NCBI GenBank assembly: GCA_964036045.1 | Contig: OZ038378.1 | Span: forward strand, 167,400,001 to 167,464,000 | Length of the DNA: 64,000 nucleotides | Reading direction: 5' to 3' | Origin: Eutreptiella sp. 'Long Island Sound 2002' | Taxonomy: Eukaryota > Protista > Euglenida | In this document: positions 11,844-22,800 of the stretch, in pieces | Layout of the letters: the number at the start of each line of letters is the position of its first letter | Numbering within the stretch: position 1 is the first letter of the stretch | Made by a program: the position numbers and the translations under genes | The notes under the pieces: model-generated | Database searches by the model: none | What the model saw: the letters and a program-made list of their open reading frames with translations, nothing else | What the model was told of the DNA's origin: nothing

Positions 11844-13332
11844 ATGATGCGACGAGCACGCCATGCCGTTTCCAAAGTGGTCCGCCAAGGTCCCTCATAT
11901 CACCGAAGAGTACTCGCATGGGAGTCATTAAGATGCCATTCCACTACGTCCGCCCAAGAGCTAGAGGCGTTTCGCGACAGGGTTCGTGCTGTAGTCACCG
12001 ACCCAAAGCTCAATTTCAAGCAACGACGGTACAACCTTGCCTACTTGGCCGAGAGTGTGTTGCCGTATCCGAATCTGGACCCCAAGACCATGGACCTTCT
12101 TGGGCGCAATGTCATTCATGACCTGTTTGAAGGCCCCGCCCCGTATCGACCACGGTACACGTTGCCGGATTACGCAATTAGTTTGAAAAATGGAAGCGCA
12201 TACCTAGAATTGCCTCCTGCAACCACCCTCGATGAAGCTCTTAGCTCTTTGATGATTTTGTGGCACAACACGCCCACCATAACGGGCTTCCCCGTGTGGA
12301 TTGGGGATATCGACGCCCTTTTGGAACCCTACGTTGCCGACATTCCGGATGACATCCTTCGGCAAAGATTGAAGGTGTTTTGGCGCATGGTGGATCGAAT
12401 GTTCCCCGACGGATTTTGTCATGCGAATATCGGCCCAAAGGACTCCCGTGTCGGCAGAATCATCCTTAGCATTGAAAGAGAGTTGCGGCAGACGGCCCCG
12501 AACTTGACATTGAAAGTAGACCCTCAAGTGACCACCCCCGATTTCATTTTGGACGCCATCAACACGTGTGTTGAGGTGTCGAAGCCGCACTTCGTCAACC
12601 ATCGAATGATGGTGGAAGACCTCGGACCGAATTACGGGGTTGCCAGTTGCTACAACAGTTTGAAAGTCGGTGGCGGTAGTCATACCCTTACCCGCCTCAA
12701 CCTCCGCGCGGCTGCCGACGGGTATGCTGGATCCCCGAGCCAATTTTTGAGCCAAGCGTTACCTGAGTATGTGGAACGCACGTGCGAGGTCATCGCGGCG
12801 CGTGTGCGCTATTTGGTTGAGGAGCAGCAATTTTATGAGCACGACTTCATGGTGAAGGAGGGTTTGCTCACCCTCGATAGATTCTCGGCCATGTTCGGTG
12901 TCGTCGGAGTGGCAGAGTTCGTGGAGCACCTTGGGGTAGGAAAGTATGGACTGGACAAGGAGGCGAACGAGTTTGCACTCGCGACCATCAAGGCAATTCA
13001 CAAGCAACTTGAGGGCATTCATGTGCCATATTGTCAAGGCTTCGGGAACCGGGCGATGTTGCATGCCCAAGCAGGGATAAACATCGATGACGGGATTACT
13101 CCTGGTGCAAGAGTGGCGTTTCAAAACGAACCACAAGGGTTATTGGACCATATTTTGGCCGTTGCCCCTGGACATAAGTGGTTTCCATCGGGGGTGTCTG
13201 ACATTTTCCATTTCGAGGAAACCGTCAAAAACGCTCCGGAGGCGGTGGCACGGGTGTTGCATGGAGGCATGGCGGCAGGCCTTCGGGATTTCACGTTTGA
13301 TGTGCGAGGTGGGGAGTTTGTGCGAGTCACAG
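11844..13332 (+). CDS. yjjI: Exon 1 of a YjjI-YjjW fusion: presequence plus YjjI/DUF3029-family glycyl radical enzyme body
   Basis: Family-like N-terminus VVTDPKLNFKQRRYNLAYLAESVLPYP, GPAPYRPRYTLPDY, conserved Cys loop YGVASCYNSL (Cys269, 12648-12650), RFSAMFGVVGVAE, and GLRDFTFDVRGGEFVRVTG. The donor ACAG|GTAAGC at 13333 falls inside the radical Gly codon. A pyrimidine tract plus AG (ATTTTCTCCATTTCTAG) ends at 11837, just before the ATG at 11844. Confidence 0.92.
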
Positions 13333-14260
13333 GTAAGCCACATACATCCCGAGTCCTCCCGCCTCCTTCTCCCGTGCTTGCCAACTAGCACCTTATGCCG
13401 TCCTACATTCGAGAGAAATTTCATCTGCGTCACGTTGGAGATGCGGCATTCATGTGATGAAGCGCTAGTCCGTGCACATGGATGATATCTCTCGGGCCAA
13501 CGTGTCATCTCTGCCCACGCTTGGAGTATTTTTGCCAAACAGCACGTGCTACACCTGCCGCACCCATAGCCCCCGCATCATTTGAGTTGTGAAAAGGTTG
13601 GGTTGAAGTTCTGGGAGTTAGCGGCTTCAGATTGGAAAGGCCGATGTGCTGCGTAAAGGCGGAGCATGAAGACGCAACGACCGCGCCCAGGAGTTGCATG
13701 AAGAGCTCAGTAAAAGGCCCACGAGCGAAACATAGACCACAGGCTGTAAACGAGCCCAAGGAATCAGCCCATGTGCAGCGAATATCCAAACATGTTTTGG
13801 GCAATGGAGGGGTTAGAACGACGTGGACCCCCTCGAATGTTGGCACCCATTTAGTGAGTAAAGACAACCCCTCTCCTCTCCTCCCATGTGTGTATCGTGA
13901 TCCCACCCCGTAAGCGGACCGTTTTGGGCCGGGACGTGCAATGGTTTGCACAGTAGCCATTGCAAAGACCTGGCAATCAAGCCTGAAAATGAGTGTTATG
14001 CAAACCTCTCACTCAGTGCACGCGATGTACAGAATGTTCAGAAATCATTTGGGTGTGCTGTAGAAACCCAAATAGAACTATACACATGCACAGACACGAG
14101 GTGGCTGGATTTTTGCCTTTTAGTGTTTGTACGTTGGTGATAAGGAACCGAGGTATTGACGTCTGATGTCGAAGGGCTCTCATGAATCTGCCAGGTGCAG
14201 TAAGAGAAATCCTCTCCGTTGCGAGAAAGATTGATTGCGATGCCCGCCCACGTATTGCAG

Positions 14261-14706
14261 GGTACCTGATCCGGCGGGCGGATGCAGAGCAATTTGAAGA
14301 CCGAGGCTCCCGTATCCACAGCGATGTCTTCGGGGCCTACGTGACCCAACTTCGTGGCCTGTTCAACCGTCCAGCGCGTGCGTTGCCCGATGATCCATTC
14401 CAGGGGCTCGTGAGCCACGTCATTCCGTTTAGTGTGGTGGATGGCCCTGGCAGTCGCATGGCCATCTTCCTCCAAGAGTGCAACCTGCGCTGCATCCACT
14501 GTCATAACCCTTCGACCCTTGGGTCATGCGACGGCTGTGGGGTCTGTGCAGAGACGTGTCCCGAGGGGAATCTGCAGGTGAAGAGCAGTGCAGTCCGGGG
14601 CCCATACGTTGAGTGGGACGAGTCGAAATGCCTGCAATGCGGCCTGTGTCTGGCGAGTTGCCGCCGCCTCGGCGATCCGCACGCCCGATGGAGGACAGCC
14701 ACGGAG
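14261..14706 (+). CDS. yjjW: Exon 2 of the fusion: YjjI C-terminal segment running in frame into the YjjW radical-SAM activase N-terminus
   Basis: Acceptor ATTGCAG|GG restores V-T-G-Y. The frame reads [17 protein letters not shown]...[52 protein letters not shown]. It has the CxxxCxxC motif (14479-14502) and ferredoxin-type [12 protein letters not shown] and [11 protein letters not shown]. Donor GAG|GTCCGT at 14707. Confidence 0.92.
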
Positions 14707-14973
14707 GTCCGTCCCCAACCCCCTGCCCGTCCCCCTCACCATTGCTATCCCCACTCAGTGCAAGCCGATCTCCGTCACGCCAACTGCATCCGAGTCCCTT
14801 CATCGTGCGTGACGATCTAACACAATTGGTGTGCGGTAGGTGTACTTCCGTATTCACTTACGGGTCTATTTCCGGTTCTACTTCCGGGTCGACATGCGGG
14901 TTTTGTTTTCCTGTTATTCAGCAACTCAGCGGAACTTGGGCATGCAATGCATGTGACCAACACCTGTTGTCAG

Positions 14974-15303
14974 GTGGTGGATGACATCGCGAAGGGCGCC
15001 GGCATGCTCGATGGAGTGACCATCACTGGGGGAGAGCCCACATTGCAGCCCACATTTGTCGCCGCGGTCTCCTCGATGCTGAAAGCGGACCCCCGGACGC
15101 GAGACCTGCACCGGCTGCTTGACAGCAACGGCGTGGTCCCGCCCGATGTTTGGGACCAGCTTCTGCCGCACGTGGACGGCGTCGCCATCAGCATCAAGGC
15201 AGGCAGTGCCGAAGCGTACGAGCGCGTAACGGGCCGCAAGGATTGTCTTCCGGCGGTCCGGCAAACGCTGCAGTCGCTGCACGAAAGAGGCAAGCTACTG
15301 GAG
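14974..15303 (+). CDS. yjjW: Exon 3 of the fusion: radical-SAM activase core
   Basis: Acceptor TTGTCAG|. Reads VVDDIAKGAGMLDGVTITGGEPTLQ (GGE motif), LLDSNG, LLPHVDGVAISIKA and RGKLLE. Donor GAG|GTCTGT at 15304. Phase 0 at both ends. Confidence 0.9.
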
Positions 15304-18135
15304 GTCTGTGTGCCTGGGTCTTCGTGTTCTTCGTTCCTGAAACAGCCACAAAACGGAGGCTTTCGCAATAAGTTTGGACTGGTCGAGTCTGGTTTCCGCC
15401 ACCCCTCCCCTGACCCCTGGACACGCCATACCGCCCCCCCATCCCCCGCAATCATGACTGGCTCACCGTCGCCACGGCTCTTTTGCCGCCGGCAGAGAAG
15501 CATTGTTTGAGGCCAAATGTGGCCTGGATGGTTGTGGTGGAGGAGATGGGGCGTGTTCCAAAAAGGCCGGTCGGTGACCTCATGCTGCAACTGGTGCTCA
15601 GTGCCTTGTCTTTGGTGTGGCCTGCGTTTGACGTGTTTGTCGGGAATTGTGAGGAGGGAAAGCGCAGGCTTGTGGGTCAGGGTCGAATGTTGGTCCCATA
15701 CCGTGGACGCGTCCACCCCCATCCGGCACCACCAGGCCTCACGTGCAGTCGTTCCCATGACCTGCGGGATCCCTGGCTCAGTCAACCCAAGGCCCCCCTC
15801 CCTCCCTCCCTCGTCTTTCCTTCCACTCCTCTTTGAAGTTGTGTGCCTTTGAGTGTGCCTTTGAGTGGTTGCATTCCAGTGGCTCTTGGTAGGGGGCTGT
15901 GGTAACCAGGGCAAGTCTGCCAAAGGTGCCACCTGCACCTTCGCTTAGCTCACCTGAATTAGGTTTTCCCCCCTCCCTCGCGTTCCCAACCCGCTCCACA
16001 CCAGCACAAAGAAACCCCACCAATCAGCCTGCTCAAAGGTTTTTCAGTGCTGCAGGGGGGGGGGGATTGGGGGGGTCTTTGAGAATTGACACCCCCCCCC
16101 CCTGAGGATATGCCATGAGTGGGTTGGGATTTTTATGTCCAGGGTCCTCAAGGACGGCGGTTTAGTGCATCTTTTTATAGGCCTATCTTGGTCAATTCTG
16201 CAGCCACATTGATTTCTCCATTTTGGGGACATTTTGGGGACAAGGCAGTGGTTATGGACCCATATGATTTCCTCCCACTTTGGGGACGCTCTCACCCACC
16301 AAATTGCAACCCCCCAGAACAGTATGACATGGTAACCTGCCAGCCCTCTGCCTCTCCCCTCCAACTGAAGTCCTGCATGGGTTGTGGGTAATGTGTGTGC
16401 GCCGAGAAGGCCAGGGTTGGGTGGGTGGGTGCCTTGGTTGACCCGGGGGGGCGGATTGGTGGGTGGGTAAGTTCTGAGTGGCTGGGTCCAGTCCCCCCCC
16501 CCCCGCCCACCCGTAGCTAAACAAAGCCTTGAGCCTGCTGCAGTAGATCTGCTTGCCCTTGGCAGGAGTAATGGGGCTGTGATATTGTTTACTTTTCGTT
16601 ACCGTTGGCACACTGCACAGACGAAGCAACAAAAAAACCAGTTGCAAAATGCCTGGACACACTGCACACCGCTGCCGGGTAACACTTGATCTAGAACCCC
16701 CTGGCCCTATGTTACATTTCCCAAATTATTGGTGGTGAGCACGCTTCTGTCTTGGGAAACACTTTGTGTGAAGCATGCTGGTGCCCGCATGGGAGGGACG
16801 CCAAGGGCAGAAGCAGCGCTTGTGAGCAGAGGGACAACTTTCCCACTATCACCGAGGAACAGTACTTTTCCACTGTGGTTTCGAACAAGCAATGTAAATA
16901 ATTTCAACAAAAACCTAATCAGTACGTACACCCAGAAGTACTAACTGGCAAATTTACTCAGCCTTCATAGCAACCCCCCAAAAAACAATACGCGCCACTG
17001 TGGGATTAGGTGGTGGCCTCCCCTACCATCAGGCAGTCACGGAGGAAGGTTCTACTGCAGGGGTTTAGGGATTGAGGCATCGTGAGCCCTCTGTGCAGCA
17101 GGTGGACGTGGTTGTAGCATACACGAGAGCTGCCTGCCCCTCCGCCTCCACATGGAGACCCAAAACTTTGTTTGCTGATGTCGGATTTGAAATGGAGGAG
17201 GTGCCTTGCCTTCAAAGGGACACCGCCCCCCCAAAAAGCCTGATATATGAATAATCCAGTCCACCCTGGAAAGGAGCTGTGAACCCGTTGGCCTGCTTCA
17301 GCAGATCCGGTCTGCCTTCAACAGAAGTCACAATGCAACCTGAGCAAAAGGGGAAATGTATTCTTGGTGAACAGCTGTTAAAACACTATTTGGATTCCAC
17401 TTGTACGTCCTTATGCCCAGCACTGTAGACTACTTGCACATGTGTTCTTATGGTCGCATGTTTCTCTATCCCCCCAAACCAACCCCCCCGAGTAAACCGT
17501 GATTCCGACACCGGATCCGCGTGGCCAAAGAGGGTCAGCAGCAATGCAAGCGCAGGAACAGGCCCTAAGCCATGGAAAACACTCTTCCTAATCTGTATTC
17601 CATGGCCCCTAGATAGAGCAGAGCAAGACATTGGCGTGGAAGGCAGGAACCTGCTGTCCCAAGGTAGTAGAGGCCCGTTCCATTGGAGGGAGGGACGCAC
17701 CAATAAGCTCACCAAAAGGCCTGACCAGCGGGATACACCAGAGTACTGACACTGTGACTAATATTGATGAACAATCGGCAGTGAAGGTCGTGTGGCAGGG
17801 GCGACTGGAGCAAACACGTGGACAAACCGGACCCATTTGCAGCCCCAGCCCCCCCCCCCCCCTGAGGCGATTAGGTGTCGGAAACGTCCATAAACTGCAA
17901 CTGCGAGTCAAGCAATGTGTGGTGGAGTAGTGGTGTCAAGCCCGAGTTTGGCTCTCAATTTGAAAGCGAACAAGAAGATAAACCAGGGTGCAGGGGAAGA
18001 GGGGAGGAGTGCAGGGAGCACCCCGTCGCTGCCTTTGTTGGGTTGTAAATTGGGGCCCCCTTCCCAGAAGCGTGAGGCTTGCCGACGCGGCTATGGCAAG
18101 CCCTACCCCTCAGAACGCCCCCATTCGCCTTCCAG

Positions 18136-18381
18136 GCCCGCGTGGTGCTGATCGAGGGTGTGAACGACACACAGGAGGAGTTGCAGCTGATGGCCCAATT
18201 GTTGCAGGAGGCGGCCCCGGGGGTGAGTGTTCGGGTCGTTCCTTTCAGCCCCCATGGTGTACGCCCTGAGTACGGGCATTTACGGGCACCTCCGCCCGAC
18301 ACCGTGTTGCATGCCCAGCAGATGTTGGCTTCGCAAGCCCAAGGCCCGCCGCAGGGCTGGCACGCCTGCAGACTGCCGTAG
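18136..18381 (+). CDS. yjjW: Exon 4 (terminal) of the fusion: activase C-terminus
   Basis: Acceptor CCTTCCAG|. Reads ARVVLIEGVNDTQEELQLMAQLL...VRVVPFSPHGV, matching the activase pattern RxxxIPGxND ... PFHxxG. TAG stop at 18379-18381. The four exons total 2511 nt = 836 aa plus stop. Confidence 0.85.
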   Translation, partial: ARVVLIEGVNDTQEELQLMAQLLQEAAPGVSVRVVPFSPHGVRPEYGHLRAPPPDTVLHAQQMLASQAQGPPQGWHACRLP

Positions 18382-19599
18382 GGCGTGCAACAGTGGGCAA
18401 CACCAGTGAAGGAAAACATGGAGTGGTTCTGCATTTGGCCGGCTCAAGACTGCCGTGTGGTCTAGACAAAACTTCCACCTTCACGCGCCAGGGTAGAGTG
18501 CTAGACAACCTTCCGCAGCCCCCTTCACAACCCCCTTTGCTACGATGCTCCATGCCCGACCCTTCTTTCTGCCCCAGCCCTGCCACATACACCGCTAACC
18601 ACAAGGATGGGGGATGCAGGGCAAAGGGGTTGTCCAGCGGCCGCTGACCTCGGCCGGCATGTCAAGCCTCTCCTGCTGCCGTCTCCCTGGTCAACATCAG
18701 TATGGCCTTTAATGGGCTCGTGGCTTCCACAATAGTGAGGCAACACCGCTGCACTCCAGAGGACTGGGAGTCGGACATGTGACCACAATTTCCTGGGCTC
18801 TATTCCGAACACCCGGCTTGCCAGTCCAGGGACCGGGACAAGGCTAACCTTTTGAGCCGCTTAATCTAGAAGCAGAGGCCCACAAAAAGAGACGCCACAT
18901 CCATCACGCCAGAATTTGCTCAAATGGGTCTCCCCTCATCCATTGCAGGCGTGCACACGCGCACACAAGCAGGAGGATGAGGAGATGACGTGATCAATGA
19001 TTGATGCCGTGCGACAACCCCATGGTGCCCGACGGACCAGGCCGGCGGAATGCATGGTGGCGCCTCTCTCTCCATAGTCCTTTGCGTTGACCAATTGGCC
19101 TGGAGCTGGGGTAGTTCGACAGCTTCTGGTCTCCGGCAAACCCCCCTGGGCGCCGATAAGGCGTCCGTGGCTGGAACCTGATCCCAGGCCCTGCAAGGGA
19201 GCAGGGAGTACCTGCTCAGGGCCTCTGGCCTACAGCGCATGAGGGCTGACCATATCTCCTCACGGCCATGTGCACCGTGCATAGGGTCGATATCCTAAAA
19301 CCCTGTGCACCTCGCACGCCAGCTCTGTGCAAGATGGCGTGGGCTATGCCCCCCCCCCCCCACCTGGGAGAACGTCACTTGGCCCAAAAAGCATAGGTAC
19401 TACTAGAAATTTTTTTTCTTTAGGTTATTCTAGAATTCGGGGAGGGAGACCGTCACTTGGAGACCGTCCCCCCCCCCCCCCGGGGAGACTGTCACGCGCT
19501 AGGGGGGGGAGATTGCACGGGGGGGGGAGGCAAGCCAGGTGTCATAGGGGGCGCACTTAGCGCAGTGCGCGCACAGTGCAAATATTTGGGTGTCTAGCC

Positions 19600-19893
19600 C
19601 ATAGTATTGCTTAACAACTCAGCACCTCCGGGGGGGGTGGGGAAGGGGTGGGGGGGCTCTGACACCCACCCCCCCTTGGTCCCCTGCACCCAACCCCCCC
19701 CACCCCCCCCCTAAAGTGATTGGGCAACTTTTTCTTCGGGTCTTGGGCCAATCCAAAAATTGCTGTGGCGCCTTCGGCGCAAGTCAGCTTAGGCCAAAAA
19801 CTTTCTTCGCTGCCTTTGGTGCCTCTAACAACTCAGGGTCTCTTGGTCCCCCCCACACGTTGGACCCCCCCCCCCCTTTTAAGCAAAACTCTG
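19600..19893. mobile_element. Non-autonomous hAT-like MITE (294 bp)
   Basis: 15-bp TIRs CATAGTATTGCTTAA and CAGAGTTTTGCTTAA (13/15 identical). Exact 8-bp flanking duplication GTCTAGCC at 19592-19599 and 19894-19901. An 8-bp TSD is characteristic of the hAT superfamily. Confidence 0.8.
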
Positions 19894-22800
19894 GTCTAGC
19901 CATACTGGAGACCCATACTTCGTGATACTAGGGGCATCATTGTTGTTTTGATGCTTCTTCCACATTGGGGATATGGCATTTTTGAATTTTGACCCAGTTT
20001 CACCCATTTCCACCCTTTTTCACACTCTTTTGCTCATTTCCACCACGCCCACGCTTTTCTAGGTTGATTTCTCTTCATCATGGGGACTCTGGGAAGGGGT
20101 TAGGGTTCAATGGCACACGCTCGTTTCTATGCCCTACGTTGTATCTGTGCAAAGTGGAAAAGAACCATTCTGTCTCTGGAGGACAAGCATGCATCGGACG
20201 GCCAGAGATTCCATTGGGAAGTGGAAGCATTGAAGCAAGTCCCATTATTGGATACAAGGACACTGTTAAGGCTCATGTGAGTACCATGTGCGTTAGGGAG
20301 GGGGCATTCATGGATTAGATAACATGCAAATTTGCCGCATCTCAACCTCCATTGCTAACAATGGTGCCAAAATGGTCCCATTGTGCATGATAGCTTATGT
20401 GAAGGGAAGGTAGCTGGCAACTGTCTTGAGCTAGGGTAGTTTGGATAACCTAATTTTAAGGGCGTTTGGAAGGGGTGTGCCTGGGGGCTCTTCGGGGGGC
20501 ACCTGGTCTAATAGTAGCGCACACCGTGTACGCAGTGCACGTGCAGTGCAAGGGAGCCCCCATAGACCATACTAGGCCCATGCCCTGTGCTTTGTCCCAT
20601 TGTTGCCCCGCCAAATAACGGAGGTGCACACATGGTCATAGCGGAATCATACACATGTGCGGCCTCAGTCTGGGCAGCTTGCTGGCCCACGCCAATGGCT
20701 GCCGTATGATGCATAGGGGCTGTCCAATGCTTGTGCCCTCTCTGAGGATGAGGCACCAAGGCTTAAGGGGCGCCGAAGGAGTCACACCACCACCTTCCCC
20801 CTACTCACACCCCCACACCAGCTGGGGAGGTGTGCACCCCTGGACGGCAGGGACACGCACACGCACACACACCACACACACACACACACACACAAGCACT
20901 TGCTCTGAGGGGACCCGGTGTGGGCCACAACAACCGAGAGGAAACGGCTGTTCCGCGTGAAGCAAAAAGGGGCCCTCTTCAATATTGTGTGGGGGGAGTC
21001 CCTTTGACAGCTCAGAGAGGTAGGGGGGGGGCTAAGGGTAGGTTGTTCTACCGAGTGCACCTGCAGCAAAACCCCTCCCACAACAGCAGCTGGGGGCCTC
21101 CGTGCGCTTTTCTCCTTCTGTGGACCGTCTTCTGCGCCGCACTGCACGATGGTGACCCACAGGGCCAGAGGGTAAGGTCACCCCCCCCTCATTCTGACCT
21201 CCTGCGAAGCGGTTTGGGCTGTGCCCTCCTCCATGTGATCCCCCTCCTCTTCCATTTTTGGGGCAATGTTGTCTCAGGGCTGTTGCACTTTGTTGTTTGC
21301 TCCCGTGGATCGCAGCATCTGCCTGCCAGAGCTCCGCTGAACCATTGGTCACGGCGGTCGAGGGACGCGGGTTCTTTTTCTGATGTTTCGATAAACAAAG
21401 GCGCACCTGTAAAGACTGCCCTGATTCCTTTCCGACGGCTGTTGGACACACTTTACCCGCCACCAGTCAACTCCCCCCTCAAAATAGGCGGATTCACCCA
21501 CTGCCTACTGCTGCCTCTCCTGGTACCAATTTTTGGCAGTCAGTCTCCACACGGAGGAGATCACTACGTTTCGTGCCTCCGCCTGAACAGGGAGTCCATT
21601 GGCACCCCAAGTGATGTCCTTGGCCGAGCTGTGGGTGCAGAGCCCACTCGTCGTGCCTCCGACGGCTGACACCAACCGTGCACACCACCAGTGCTTGCCA
21701 GGGGCGTGCAGGACGCGTCTCATGATTGTGCGCAGCATTGCACGCCAGACACGCGGAATTACGAGGGTGGTCACCAAGGCCCCCTTCTAGAAAATGACCC
21801 AGTCGTCCTGTCGTCCACTCTTCCTTTGCCAACCTCATCAGGGACCTGTCTGTCTTTTGGCCCGCATGTGGCCCGACGCCCCCGCCCCCTCCCCCGGCAT
21901 CCAGCAGTGGACAACCGCGTCCATCCCGGATCTGGTTGTGTGCCTTGACTGCCCTCTTCATGGTGGGACCAGTCATGCCACGAACATCCGGCAGGGCTAC
22001 CGGCTCTGAATTAGCAACCAGCCCGGTAGTGTTACTCAGTCATACGTGCCGACTTCACGCCGGGTGGGAATAAGGTGCGGTCGATCTGATCGTGTCGGAC
22101 ATGGCGGCAGGCACTGGGGGGCCCTGTCAGTCAAGTCCAGGGTAGCAACCAGAGGGCAGTGCTGCCGCCAGCCTGGTCGTTGGCGCAGGTGGGTTGGCAT
22201 CGCTTGTGCCCGGCCCTGTTGGGGTGCAAGGGACAGCGCCTGGGCCTCCACTGGCCAGGCCTCCCGCTGCGGGCTGTGTCTATCGGATGTGTTCTGTCCC
22301 TCTTTTACCCAGAGTACAAAATCGTGTGGTTTTGGAGGTACAGCCCAACTGATTAACCCCCGAAAATGCACTCCGCTCAACCCCCTATTCCCTTTCCAGC
22401 GCAGCTCTGAGACCTTTGTGGGCGTTCCTTGACCAACTAGCCCCTCGTTTGAGGGGGAGGGTTGCGACTGGTGCACCCTGCCTTATTTTCTGCCACTCTG
22501 AAACCCAAAAGACCATTCCCATCCCCCCCCCTCCCCCTTGCCCAAGGACTGCTGTGCGCAAGGACCACCGCCTGGTTCCACGGCACTTTTCCTGACACCA
22601 CTTTTTAATTTTCACAGAACGGTTGCACTTCAGAACCAGCTGAAAATTGGGTCGTTCCATGCCCATTTACGTGTGCGCTGCAGCCCAGTTTGCTGACCTT
22701 TGGTGTTCATTTGTCCATGTGTTTTACTGTGAGAAAGGCAAGGGCACACATTCCCCGGTGCAACACGCCGGAAAATTTGTTCTGCGGGGCTGCTGATGGC

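Noticed and set aside
11841-13388. Treating the 515-aa ORF as a complete stand-alone YjjI
   Set aside because: After VRVTG it reads KPHTSRVLPPPSPVLAN, with no family resemblance. A GTAAG donor sits exactly there, and the missing GY… tail is found at 14261.
14182-14260. Independent ATG start for a separate activase gene ([12 protein letters not shown]…)
   Set aside because: These 26 codons have no family similarity and end in a good acceptor. The residues after it are the YjjI tail, not an activase N-terminus. Minor use of this start cannot be excluded.
14850-14910. 12-bp degenerate repeats (TCTACTTCCGGG-like) in intron 2 of the fusion gene
   Set aside because: About five imperfect units, with no evidence of function or of an extra exon.
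22074-22141. GAVDLIVSDMAAG resembling the FtsJ/RrmJ methyltransferase DxVxSDMA motif
   Set aside because: It is bounded by stops within about 22 codons, has a poor acceptor and no other methyltransferase exons were seen. Probably chance.
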